Shown: positions 7,813 through 17,115, counted from the first letter of the stretch. The stretch: DNA of 64,000 nt from Dehalococcoidia bacterium (GCA_034423575.1 DAOUIF010000084.1:2040-66039), one strand, 5' to 3'. Numbers and translations: made by a program. The notes: generated from the sequence alone by a model not told the origin.

Positions 7813-10007
7813 ACCCGGCGACGCAGGACAATTCGGAACGTCGCTCCGGCAAGGGGACCATTTTCCAGCAATTCGAGGTCCCCTGCGTAGTAGTCATTCA
7901 CTATCTCCCCGGCGATTGTCAATCCAAGTCCCACTCCGTTCGGTTTGGTGGAGAAATACGGGTCGAAAATTCGATCCCTGAAATCGGGACTCACACCGGG
8001 CCCGCTGTCTGAGAATACGACCTCCACTTCATCCGGCTCTCTTCGCCGCACGTGAACGGAGATTTGCCGGGTGTCCTGGGGCACATGACGCAACCAGTGC
8101 AGACTGTTTTGTAGGAGATTGATGACAACCTGCTGAATCTCTGCCTGGTCCACCGTGACCTGGGTCTTGGTATCCGGCAGGCTTATCTCCACTCCGACTT
8201 CCGCAATCTCGGTGTCGAGAACTGAAAAGGCATGCGCTATCACTTCCTCTAAAGAGACCAATCCCGGTCTCCCCCGCTTCCTTCCGCCAAATGGCTCGAT
8301 TTTTCTGAAGATGGTTGCCAGTGCGTCGGACTGGGTCACGATACCTCTGAATCTGTCCCCAAGTTTCACGATGGCGGCCATACTACCCTGACCCGACCGG
8401 TCCACGTCCCTTAGCCCTAGGACGGCCTCATTGTTTATTTTTGCCAGAGGCGCTCTGCCGTCATGCAGAACAACATCTATCAGCTGTCCGAGAGCAGCCA
8501 GACGGTGGTAGCGGGAAAGAACTTCCTGAATTCCCTGGGCGCGGGTTTCCAGTTCCCTTTCCGCATTCCCAACCAATTGCCTTAGATGATGGTCATCCGG
8601 GTGTTGGCGTTGCACATAATCGCGGACAGTCGCAAGGTCGAGGTCGGCAAAGAGGCCCCCGGCTTGCCGCCGCCGGGGTTGGGGAGTTGGATGACGGAGC
8701 TTGTACCTCCGAACCTCAAGTTCATGGAGGGTCATCTTGACCAACTCTCTGAGGCCGTCCAGAGGGGGGCCCTCGATGAGACCCTCCCGATTGCTCTGGT
8801 CCCTGAGATTCGGGTTTCCCTCGGATGAGATTAACACGTAGCCCAAGACCTGGTTGTTTGACAGTCGAAGTGTGGGGTTCTGCACACGACGCATATCCAG
8901 CCGCAACCAGTCATCGTCCGGTTCGCCGTAGGGCAGCACTCTGAACCCGTCCCGATAGATACTGATGCCGGCGCCATTGTCCAACATCCCCCTGACCTGG
9001 GAAACCGATTGGAACGAATGACGCTCCACCAGTTCGGCCATGGAAGTTGGGTCCCGGTCCCAAACCCGCAGTTCGACTCCTATGGGACCACATTCCGCCT
9101 CATGGCTTTTGGGGTTGAATTCGCCCTGAATTGACTCCTCGCTGCCTCCATCCCGCAGACCGATGTCAAAGTCATAGCGACCGTCCGCATTTATCGTGCC
9201 CTTCAATACGTAATGAGGACTACGGAGTAGTTCAGGAGGTTCGACGATACCGGACTGCTGTTCGAACGGCGGAGGAAGGTCAAGACACAGCTCGAATTGG
9301 TCATTCCTTGCTGACAGCTCGGCTCCAAAGAAGGGCGATACCAGGCGCGACAATCTGGTCCGCAGATCCTCAAATTCAGACCCGCTCCAGTTGCTCCGCA
9401 ACTGCTCCATTCGGAGGATTGTGCCGTGGGTCAGATCGTCCGGATTCGGCTCTCCACCGGAGTCCCACAGTCGTTCGACGATACCACCCGGTGCGAGTTC
9501 CGTGGGGTCTTCCTCCTCCCACAGAACCTCAATCTCGTCCAGGTATTTCCCCTCGTTGTCAAATTGCGCCCAGTCGAAATAGACTCGGGTTTCCTGCTCT
9601 GACTCCGCCCGACGGGTCACCACTTCAAGGAAGTTGGCCAAGCGTGAGGTGGCGAATCGCCCAATCCCTTTTTCTCCCAGAACGCGACGGCCCAATCGTT
9701 GGCTTCTCCGCTCCCGTTTCCTGGAGAGGGTGGCCGGCTCCATCCAGGTTGTCTGGATGGTTTCCAGCGACATTCCATGACCGTTGTCAATGACCTCGAC
9801 CTTCCCTTTCCCGATTTCGAGAGGCCCGTGAAATCTCACCAGTACCCTGGTGGCGTCGGCATCGTAGCAGTTCTTGACGAGCTCCATCAGCGCGACGGCT
9901 TCGCTGCTGATCAGTTCGTCGCCAAGAGTGCGAAGAATGCGGGCCCTCGGGCGAAGCGTGCTGGTCCCCGATGTGGAATTCGCTGTATCTGTCATCTCAA
10001 TGCCCAT
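7809..10007 (-). CDS. GHKL (MORC/MutL-like) ATPase fused to a sensor histidine kinase
   Basis: N-terminal GHKL motifs ELVKNCYDA, DNGHGM and GEKGIGRFA. C-terminal kinase has H-box VLHDGRAPL, N-box NLLQNS, DSGPG and FDPYFSTKPNGVGLGL. No transmembrane segments. Confidence 0.85.
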   Translation of the reverse strand: MGIEMTDTANSTSGTSTLRPRARILRTLGDELISSEAVALMELVKNCYDADATRVLVRFHGPLEIGKGKVEVIDNGHGMSLETIQTTWMEPATLSRKRERRSQRLGRRVLGEKGIGRFATSRLANFLEVVTRRAESEQETRVYFDWAQFDNEGKYLDEIEVLWEEEDPTELAPGGIVERLWDSGGEPNPDDLTHGTILRMEQLRSNWSGSEFEDLRTRLSRLVSPFFGAELSARNDQFELCLDLPPPFEQQSGIVEPPELLRSPHYVLKGTINADGRYDFDIGLRDGGSEESIQGEFNPKSHEAECGPIGVELRVWDRDPTSMAELVERHSFQSVSQVRGMLDNGAGISIYRDGFRVLPYGEPDDDWLRLDMRRVQNPTLRLSNNQVLGYVLISSEGNPNLRDQSNREGLIEGPPLDGLRELVKMTLHELEVRRYKLRHPTPQPRRRQAGGLFADLDLATVRDYVQRQHPDDHHLRQLVGNAERELETRAQGIQEVLSRYHRLAALGQLIDVVLHDGRAPLAKINNEAVLGLRDVDRSGQGSMAAIVKLGDRFRGIVTQSDALATIFRKIEPFGGRKRGRPGLVSLEEVIAHAFSVLDTEIAEVGVEISLPDTKTQVTVDQAEIQQVVINLLQNSLHWLRHVPQDTRQISVHVRRREPDEVEVVFSDSGPGVSPDFRDRIFDPYFSTKPNGVGLGLTIAGEIVNDYYAGDLELLENGPLAGATFRIVLRRRV

Positions 10008-10173
10008 CCTTGGGGCAAGGCCATTCGTCCATGACCCTGGAGTCTCTACTCCATACGTAATATACCCTCACCAGTCTATCCCTGCGGACTGGAGCCCAAC
10101 TCTTCAGGGAAGCCCTGCTGATTCGAGCGTCAAATCATTGCCCTGGACTGACCGCGAAGCGGTGGGGACCCCG

Positions 10174-10470
10174 TCAGGGATCGTGGTTTTTGGCTTGAGC
10201 CGCAAGGCATACCGAACACATCTGGATTGGCGTGAGCAGCCCGGGAGTCTGCTCCTCAGCACCGAGGGCCGTGACCAAATTGGGACCGCCGTAATGCCCG
10301 CAGATGGAACGTGTTGTTCCGTGGTCAGGGTCCTTGATGTGGTAGAGCCAATCCTGCAGGTAGAGTATCACCCGCTCTTGGATGTATTCATCGGGCGTCT
10401 GACCGTCGCACTCCGCCATGAAGTCCAAGGCTTCGGCCAAGTGGTCCGGGACATTGATCTTCGCTTTCAT
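10174..10470 (-). CDS. Small protein with ribbon-helix-helix-like N-terminus and possible Zn site
   Basis: MKAKINVPDHLAEALDFMAECDGQTPDEYI is an RHH-like pattern; ICGH and CSVC give Cys/His ligands. Confidence 0.45.
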   Translation of the reverse strand: MKAKINVPDHLAEALDFMAECDGQTPDEYIQERVILYLQDWLYHIKDPDHGTTRSICGHYGGPNLVTALGAEEQTPGLLTPIQMCSVCLAAQAKNHDP

Positions 10471-10740
10471 CGCGCTACTCTCCGTGACTTGATGCCGCTT
10501 GGGGTTGGGCGGGCAACCCTGCCATAACTACGAGGGTTCAGATTGATACTGCCCCGGTGGGATACCCTTACGGGCCACCTGACCCGCTTGGAAATGATGA
10601 TCGCTGCTTTCCACCAGCATACCATACGGCTCTGTGATACTTCATCGCCCTCAGGTCACTTCTTGCTGGGAGGTTGGAGAGCAACGGTCTGCATTCGGTA
10701 GCTCGCAGACGGATGCAACAGCATCGGGGCCGGTGAGGGG

Positions 10741-10749
10741 TGTTAGAAT
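10741..10749 (+). promoter_or_regulatory. Extended -10 promoter candidate upstream of the methyltransferase
   Basis: TGtTAGAAT about 165 bp before the ATG at 10916. Confidence 0.4.
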
Positions 10750-10915
10750 GTGCCCCTGAATGGCTTTCAGAGTTTAATGGATGGGCGAGTTCAGCATCTC
10801 CGGTTCGGTGGACTTGCCGGGAGGCCTGCCCGGCCCTCTTGAGTGGATACCTCCATCCTCGCGGAGTCGCTGAGGGCAGCCGGACATTCTCTTCCGGCTG
10901 AGGATTTACTGAACG

Positions 10916-12835
10916 ATGGATAATCCTTCCGAAACTGCCCAAAAACCTTCGTCCTACAGACTGCCCACCCACCGGGGGGAACGGATAAAACTAGTCCCTC
11001 ACCAGATGTCGCCGGACCCGAACGACGGGGATGCCGTACGCAGGTGGTTGGAAGAACGCCCACGCCCTTGGGCGATAGACCTCTTCTGCGGCGCCGGCGG
11101 GTTGAGCCTGGGATTGGAGGAGGCGGGCTTCTCCGTCATCGCCGCGGCAGACTTCGACCCTGTTTCGACCGAAACCCATGCCGCTAATATTCAGAGTCTC
11201 ACCTGGACGGGGGATCTTGCCGATCCCTCTGCCTTCATTCACCAATTGGACGAATGGGGCATTGAAGACGTTGACCTCTTGGCGGGTGGTCCTCCCTGCC
11301 AGCCGTTCTCCAGGGCCGGCGTCTCCAAGATTGGGAACCTGGTTAGGACGGGCAACCGCAGGGTTCTCGATGACAGAGCCGACCTGTGGCGGAGTTTCTT
11401 TTCCGTTATTGACAGGTTGAATCCGAAGGCAATGCTATTTGAGAACGTTCCCGATTTCGCCCAAGCTCAGGGAGGGGCGTTGTTGGTTGCCCTGATGGAT
11501 GAGCTGAAGAGCCGTGAGTATGAAGTGCACGTGAAGATGCTGCAGGCGTGGCAGTATCGTGTTCCTCAGCATCGCTCACGTCTCTTTGTGGTGGGGATTG
11601 CAGGAAACGGGAAATTCGAGTGGCCCAAACCTCGGGGGAGGCAACCGACGGTGGGGCAGGCCATCGGTGACCTACCAGTGGTTCCTGCGGATACCAGGGA
11701 CGAAACCCAGGTGTATGAGAGTCCACCTTCCTCAGCACTGGCGAAGTCGCTCAGAAGGGGATTGCGAGGCGAGGAATCCCGGCGGATTCGGGACCATGTA
11801 ACTAGGGCGGTGCGGCCGGATGACGCGCTGATCTACTCGCAACTGAACCCCGGTGATACCTACCTGGACGTACCCGAAGATTCCAGGAGATACCGATCCG
11901 ATATTTTCAATGATAAGTATGTAAGGTTGTCCTTCGAAGGCCTGTCCAGGACCATTACCGCTCATATAGCCAAGGATGGTTACTGGTACATCCATCCGAG
12001 AGAGGACCGCACCCTCTCCATAAGGGAGGCGGCCAGAATTCAAACCTTTCCGGATGGATTCAGGTTTGCCGGACACCCGTCCAGCAGGTATCGGCAAATT
12101 GGCAACGCGGTTCCCCCGATGCTCGCTTCGGCCATAGCTTCGTCGGTGAAACAAGTCCTGGGCGACAGTCCAGTCCACTCGGTGGTCAGAGAGAGCAGGG
12201 CCGAATACAGGACTTCCTTTCGGGACAGCCTAATTCAATGGTTCAAGTGGAACAGGCGTGACTTTCCCTGGAGGCGCTCTGACCTGAATCCCTGGCAGAC
12301 CTTGTTGTTAGAAATGTGCCTCCACCGTACAAGGGCCGAGCAGGTGGCACAGGTGGCTGACGAACTACTCAGCCTGGGCAGTACGCCTGATTCTTTTCTG
12401 AACAACCTGGAGGTCCTCGAACCTTCGGTGGCCTCCCTCGGACTCCACTGGCGGTCCGCGAATCTTGGCGCTGCTGCCGAGTTCATCAGGGACAGTGCGG
12501 GCGGTCAGGTGCCTGACAACTGGCACGGAATGGTTGCCATCCCAGGCGTGGGTGATTACATAGCCTCCGCTGTTCTCTGTTTCGCTTTTGGTCGTTCCAG
12601 CGTGATCATGGACACCAACACGATGAGGATTGCTCGCAGGGTGTCGGGCAAGGGTCCCAAGCAACCGAAGTGGGAACTCAGGCTTTCGCTATATGAAATG
12701 GCCGGAACCGAGGGAGCGGATGCGCGGTGGAACCAGGCTCTCTTGGATTTGGGAGCTCTGGTCTGCACGGCACGTGCGCCCAAGTGCGGGAGCTGCCCGG
12801 TCCGCGATAATTGCCACACAGGTCTTGACAGGTAA
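10916..12835 (+). CDS. DNA (cytosine-5)-methyltransferase fused to an HhH-GPD [4Fe-4S] glycosylase (Mig-like)
   Basis: C5-MTase motifs FCGAGG, GGPPCQPFS, FENV, QHRSR and YRQIGNAVPP. C-terminal domain has RRDFPWR, EMCLHRTRA, IPGVGDYIA, MDTN and CTARAPKCGSCPVRDNC (Fe-S loop). Confidence 0.9.
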   Translation: MDNPSETAQKPSSYRLPTHRGERIKLVPHQMSPDPNDGDAVRRWLEERPRPWAIDLFCGAGGLSLGLEEAGFSVIAAADFDPVSTETHAANIQSLTWTGDLADPSAFIHQLDEWGIEDVDLLAGGPPCQPFSRAGVSKIGNLVRTGNRRVLDDRADLWRSFFSVIDRLNPKAMLFENVPDFAQAQGGALLVALMDELKSREYEVHVKMLQAWQYRVPQHRSRLFVVGIAGNGKFEWPKPRGRQPTVGQAIGDLPVVPADTRDETQVYESPPSSALAKSLRRGLRGEESRRIRDHVTRAVRPDDALIYSQLNPGDTYLDVPEDSRRYRSDIFNDKYVRLSFEGLSRTITAHIAKDGYWYIHPREDRTLSIREAARIQTFPDGFRFAGHPSSRYRQIGNAVPPMLASAIASSVKQVLGDSPVHSVVRESRAEYRTSFRDSLIQWFKWNRRDFPWRRSDLNPWQTLLLEMCLHRTRAEQVAQVADELLSLGSTPDSFLNNLEVLEPSVASLGLHWRSANLGAAAEFIRDSAGGQVPDNWHGMVAIPGVGDYIASAVLCFAFGRSSVIMDTNTMRIARRVSGKGPKQPKWELRLSLYEMAGTEGADARWNQALLDLGALVCTARAPKCGSCPVRDNCHTGLDR

Positions 12836-12931
12836 AACCTTTTCGGTGAAGGCACTTGCTGGTTCATCCGAGTTTATAAATCGGCGGCCTCCCACGCTGC
12901 CCAGTTCGGACTTTACGGAGGATCACCGACA

Positions 12932-14356
12932 ATGAGAGCCTTTAACCGAATAACGCGCGCGATTCCTACCTGGATTTGGCTAACGCTTTTAATAGCGCTC
13001 ACCCTATTGGTCGGGGGTGTGGTCTCATATCGGTATTGGGTTGACCTGGGCGCTCCAGATGAGTCCGGCAGCACGACCATCCGAAATATCGTCTTGGTTC
13101 TAGCAGGGTTTATCGCTCTAGTCCTAGCTTTGTGGCGAGGAGCAATAGGTGAGCGGCAGGCGTCGGCGGCAGAGCGAACCGTTTTGGACGGACGCTACCA
13201 GCGTGGGATCGAGATGCTTGCCGGCGATAGCCTCTCTTCCCGTCTAGGTGGCATTTACTCGCTCCGGAACTTGGCCGAGAGCCAACCGGAACAGTACCAC
13301 ATCCAGATCATGCGGGTGTTCTGTGCCTTTGTTCGTCACCCCCCGCTGTACAACCCCGAGGAGGAAGAACGCGACTCCGGCAGAGCCGAGGCAGAAGCCA
13401 GCCCAAGAAGACACGTTCACGGTCGTCCCCGAGCGCGAGCGGACATTCAGGCCGTGATGGACGCTATCGGCTTACGCTCTGAGGCTGGAATTGAGATCGA
13501 GAAGAGGGCCGGTTTCGTGATTGACCTTAACGGGGCGGACTTATCGTGGACCCACCTTGAGAAGGCCGACCTTTCCAATGCAGACCTCACGTTTGCAAAT
13601 CTGTTTCGCGCCGTGTTCTACGAGTGGCGTCGTGGTTTCCCGCCTCCGCGCAGTTGGTTCTGCCTGAAACTGCGCGAGTTCAACCCAGGTAAGGAAAGGC
13701 CTCAGCCCGACAATTACTCGAACGAGAAGGGCTGGAGGCGGACATACACTGCCAAACTGTCAGGAGCAGACCTCTCCTACGCGAATCTGACCAGAGCCAG
13801 AATGGAGCACGTCAACCTATCGGAAGCGCAAATCAGGGAGGCAACGCTTTCCGGCGTCTGGCTTAGACACGCGAACCTGCGAGGGGCGAATTTGTTTGAG
13901 TCGAACTTGTCCCCCGCTGGTTCGATACCTATGGACTTGGGAGCAGATTTGACCGGAGCAGACCTGACAGACGCAAGCTTGGCTGGCAGCAACTGCTCTA
14001 TGGTCGAAATGGGAGCGGCGATTTTGCATGGGACCGGATTTGCCAGGGCAATACTCTGGGCCACAATGCTGAACAGTGCCGAATTTACAGACAAAGGTCG
14101 GCACGCGCCCGTTGGTCTTACTCAGGAACAACTAGACCAGGCCATCGTGGTTGCTGGAAATTACCCCGACTTGGAGGGGGTCGTGGATGCTCGAACTGGC
14201 GAGCAGTTGGCCTGGCGGGAGACCTTTTCCCGCGAAGTGAAGCTCGGCCGGGCGGGTCACTCGGAGGAGGACGAGGATGAAGACAAGGGCGACGGAGATT
14301 GTGCAGATGATGTGGAGGATGGTGAAGACGAACATCCGGCAGATTCCCGGAATTAG
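12932..14356 (+). CDS. Membrane-anchored pentapeptide-repeat protein
   Basis: Two N-terminal hydrophobic helices, RLGGIYSL segment, A(D/N)LxxA(D/N)L repeats and an acidic tail. Confidence 0.85.
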   Translation: MRAFNRITRAIPTWIWLTLLIALTLLVGGVVSYRYWVDLGAPDESGSTTIRNIVLVLAGFIALVLALWRGAIGERQASAAERTVLDGRYQRGIEMLAGDSLSSRLGGIYSLRNLAESQPEQYHIQIMRVFCAFVRHPPLYNPEEEERDSGRAEAEASPRRHVHGRPRARADIQAVMDAIGLRSEAGIEIEKRAGFVIDLNGADLSWTHLEKADLSNADLTFANLFRAVFYEWRRGFPPPRSWFCLKLREFNPGKERPQPDNYSNEKGWRRTYTAKLSGADLSYANLTRARMEHVNLSEAQIREATLSGVWLRHANLRGANLFESNLSPAGSIPMDLGADLTGADLTDASLAGSNCSMVEMGAAILHGTGFARAILWATMLNSAEFTDKGRHAPVGLTQEQLDQAIVVAGNYPDLEGVVDARTGEQLAWRETFSREVKLGRAGHSEEDEDEDKGDGDCADDVEDGEDEHPADSRN

Positions 14357-14378
14357 CTGATAGAATGAAAACCGCCTG

Positions 14379-14404
14379 GTAGGTGGAGTAGTAGCTCCGC
14401 CTAC
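14379..14404 (+). terminator. Hairpin after the pentapeptide gene
   Basis: gtaggtggag-tagtag-ctccgcctac. Confidence 0.4.
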
Positions 14405-14496
14405 TTGAGGGAGGCTCCCAACCATATTTCAGAGATGGTTCCGCTTACCGCCTCATCTGCCTCCCTATGATTCCCTCCCACTCAATGCAGCCATAG

Positions 14497-15531
14497 GTGA
14501 ACGAAATGAACACACGGTTTGACGTCGCATACTACTACCCAGCTCCTTATTGGGGCATTGCTGAAGGCGGGTGGGTGAAGTCGTTGCTTCTGTTCTTTGA
14601 TAAGGTTTCGATCCTGCTTCCGGATTATATGTATGGCCGACACCATGCAGCCGATCCCGTGTTAGCCGAGCCGCTTGAGGACCAAGGTCTACTGGAAGTC
14701 CTCGAACCGAAGATGTGGATTGATGAGGAAATGGCGAAGAGCTTAGCCGAAGCCATCAGCGGTTTGCTTGACAGCGGCGTGTTCGACGGGGTTTCCAATG
14801 ACGTTCGTTTCCACGAACTGTCCCAATCACGAATAGGTTATGGAGCTAACGTTGACTTGGCTGATTCGCTGGTATCAGAACTCCGGGCGAAGGGATTAGC
14901 AAAACCCAGTGAGGATGGCGTGTCGATACCTCTTCACCCAATGGTGCGCACAACTATCCTAGTCATACTGGCCCAACTCGCGCGCTCGGCAGGCAACAAG
15001 CAGAACCTGTTAGTGCATCCAGCTACCAATGACGGTCACGCCCTGCATGACCTCATTGAGACTCTTTCGAGGGAGCGAATGCCGTCGCGTGAAAGTGTAA
15101 TCGCTTTCGACCTCGAACCCGTTAGCTTCAACATGGACTCTGTACCGCTTGATGAACTCTTGCAATTCCGGGCCGAGCACCAAGCCGCCCACAAAGCATA
15201 CATGCGAGACCTGCGGGGATTCATGGCTGAGCTCGCCGACGTTAGCCACCCAGAGGAGCGTAAAACCCTCCTCCTACAACGTCGCCAGGATATGGCCGAC
15301 GCCGCCCACGATCTTCAGCGCTCCACCAGACGGGCATTGGGGAGGAACCTTCCCTCATGGTCGTTCGGACTTGCCGGCGGCGTTTGGTCAGCTGCTACAG
15401 GTGACCCACTAGGTCTGATTCTCGGTGCATTGGGGCTAGCCACTGGTATCGTCGGCTCTAGGAGCACCGATCCCAACAAAGTATCTGCCTACTCTTACCT
15501 GTTTCAAGCGGGACGCACCCTTGCGAGATAG
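14497..15531 (+). CDS. Hypothetical protein (DUF6236-like) with a C-terminal Gly-rich hydrophobic hairpin
   Basis: 344-aa ORF; N-terminal YYP...WVKSLLLFFDKV pattern; C-terminal FGLAGGVWSAATGDPLGLILGALGLATGIVG. Confidence 0.6.
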   Translation: MNEMNTRFDVAYYYPAPYWGIAEGGWVKSLLLFFDKVSILLPDYMYGRHHAADPVLAEPLEDQGLLEVLEPKMWIDEEMAKSLAEAISGLLDSGVFDGVSNDVRFHELSQSRIGYGANVDLADSLVSELRAKGLAKPSEDGVSIPLHPMVRTTILVILAQLARSAGNKQNLLVHPATNDGHALHDLIETLSRERMPSRESVIAFDLEPVSFNMDSVPLDELLQFRAEHQAAHKAYMRDLRGFMAELADVSHPEERKTLLLQRRQDMADAAHDLQRSTRRALGRNLPSWSFGLAGGVWSAATGDPLGLILGALGLATGIVGSRSTDPNKVSAYSYLFQAGRTLAR

Positions 15532-15586
15532 CTTAACGGCTAGTAGGCACTTTCAGCACGCGACTCGCTTGGTGCTAAATTGAGAT

Positions 15587-15620
15587 CTCCCACCGGAAAG
15601 TTCGCAAACGGTACACTTAG
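15587..15620 (+). repeat. Non-coding repeat, partial copy C
   Basis: ctcccaccggaaagttcgca is 20 bp identical to copies A and B, followed by aacggtacacttag versus tcacggtactcttag. Confidence 0.85.
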
Positions 15621-15716
15621 TCCCGCTTCGCAAGAGTAGGGTCTGCTGGTTTATAGGATGTTGTTCCACCTACGAGGCTATCGCAGGCCGGGAACCCAAT
15701 ACCCTTGGGGCTTCCT

Positions 15717-15890
15717 TCATTTGAACTTTTTCCATATCCACAGGGCAAGACCAACGATCAAGATTATGACAGCGATAACGAACAGGACTATAAACCACCA
15801 CTGTTGGAACAGCCATTGAATTCCGACAAAAATCATGGCCAAGACGATAACGGCGAGAACAAAAGGGTAGTAATTCTTGTCCGCCTTCAT
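15717..15890 (-). CDS. Small two-helix membrane protein (57 aa)
   Basis: MKADKNYYPFVLAVIVLAMIFVGIQWLFQQWWFIVLFVIAVIILIVGLALWIWKKFK. Perfect extended -10 TGGTATAAT on the minus strand at 15944-15952. Confidence 0.6.
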   Translation of the reverse strand: MKADKNYYPFVLAVIVLAMIFVGIQWLFQQWWFIVLFVIAVIILIVGLALWIWKKFK

Positions 15891-16148
15891 GGTGTTCTGC
15901 TCCGCCTTCGCCACGCAACCAAATGGCATTGATTTCGGTTGGGATTATACCACTCGCATCCGGCGGAATCCGACTACCGGCTAATCCGGTCGGCGAAGCT
16001 GACCTTTGCCCTCATAGATAAGGGCTTTCGTTCGGATAGCAGGGGTCTCCCAGATAGTCGTACTTTCCCTTGCTATAGAACGGGATGGCGGGTCATCGTT
16101 GCTCAGGGACTTGTACCTCAGCACGAAATCGTCTCACCCGGTGCTGGG

Positions 16149-16342
16149 CTTGCCATCAGCGCGACGCGGGTGGATAATGTGAGCACGAATTACCGGTGAC
16201 GGCGGTACGACAGAGGGCGTTTCCTCTACGCCCCGGACCCGCTGACTGCCTCGGCGTAGTCTTATGGCTTGACTTCCCTCGCTACTTTGTTAGGGAAACC
16301 TCCCACCGGAAAGTTCGCATCACGGTACTCTTAGGGGTACCA
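16149..16342 (+). repeat. Non-coding direct repeat, copy B, at the probable right end of the accessory island
   Basis: Homologous to 6043-6232, with the same TTGCCA-N17-GATAAT and an identical terminal 51 bp. Housekeeping-like catabolic genes follow. Confidence 0.9.
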
Positions 16343-16621
16343 CCATATCCTTTTTTATCGGCGCCGGAGAAGGCCCGAAGTTGGGATCGCGTCGTCGCTG
16401 TATCGACGCGGTCGGTGTATGGCGATTGGCGGGTTGAGATTACTCTCATCTTCGGCGCCGACAGACCTCGCCGGCCGTGGATAGTGGAATAATTGATGTC
16501 CGAGCTCTGAACGCGGACTTACCCGTTCCGAATTTTTGCGCGCGGCGTTGATCCATCTCGTCAGCGCAGATAGCGCCCCGTGCCATATAATGCCGCCGGA
16601 ACAGCATGCGAGGTGAAAGCG

Positions 16622-17038
16622 ATGGCGGATTTGCAACGGACGGCGATAACCAGCGATCAGGCCCCCCAACCCCTCGGCGCCTATTCGGTGGGAATGTCAG
16701 TAAACGCCGGGACGCTGATATATGTCGCTGGACAAGTTGGTGTGGACCTTTCGGGCGCCCTCGTAGGGCCCGGCGATGTCGCTGCCCAGACGCGCCAGGT
16801 CTTTGAGAACATTGGCGGCGTTCTGAGGTCAGCCGGCGCTGGATTTGACAACGTCGTAGAATTCACCACCTATGTGGTCGGACGCGACTCAGTGCAAGGG
16901 TTCATCGACGGGAGAAACCAGGTCTTCCCGGAAATCTTCCCGAACGGCGGCTACCCGCCCAACACGCTACTGGTAGTCGATGGTCTCGTACGTGATGAGT
17001 TCCTGGTCGAAATCAAGGCAGTGGCCGCTCTCCCGTGA
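16622..17038 (+). CDS. RidA/YjgF family protein
   Basis: APQPLGAYS, YVAGQVG, QTRQVFENI, PPNT and LVEIKAVA motifs; gaggtg RBS. Confidence 0.9.
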   Translation: MADLQRTAITSDQAPQPLGAYSVGMSVNAGTLIYVAGQVGVDLSGALVGPGDVAAQTRQVFENIGGVLRSAGAGFDNVVEFTTYVVGRDSVQGFIDGRNQVFPEIFPNGGYPPNTLLVVDGLVRDEFLVEIKAVAALP

Positions 17039-17115
17039 AGGGGTAGCTGAAGCCAAAGGCGGACTCCACCATAGAAAGTGCCAGCGCGCCGACAGGTACG
17101 AAGGGGGCCAGGGAT

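Noticed and set aside
9066-9090. gttcgactcc...acca tRNA-like string
   Set aside because: Lies inside the GHKL-kinase CDS on the opposite strand and has no T-stem pairing.
12214-12835. Labelling the C-terminal domain as ordinary MutY
   Set aside because: It has HRT rather than QQT after the catalytic Glu, lacks the C-terminal NUDIX-like 8-oxoG domain, and is fused to a 5mC methylase.
6043-16342. CRISPR array or integron attC interpretation of the repeats
   Set aside because: Only three copies, spaced 9.4 kb and 0.7 kb apart; no cas or intI gene; no RYYYAAC/GTTRRRY ends.
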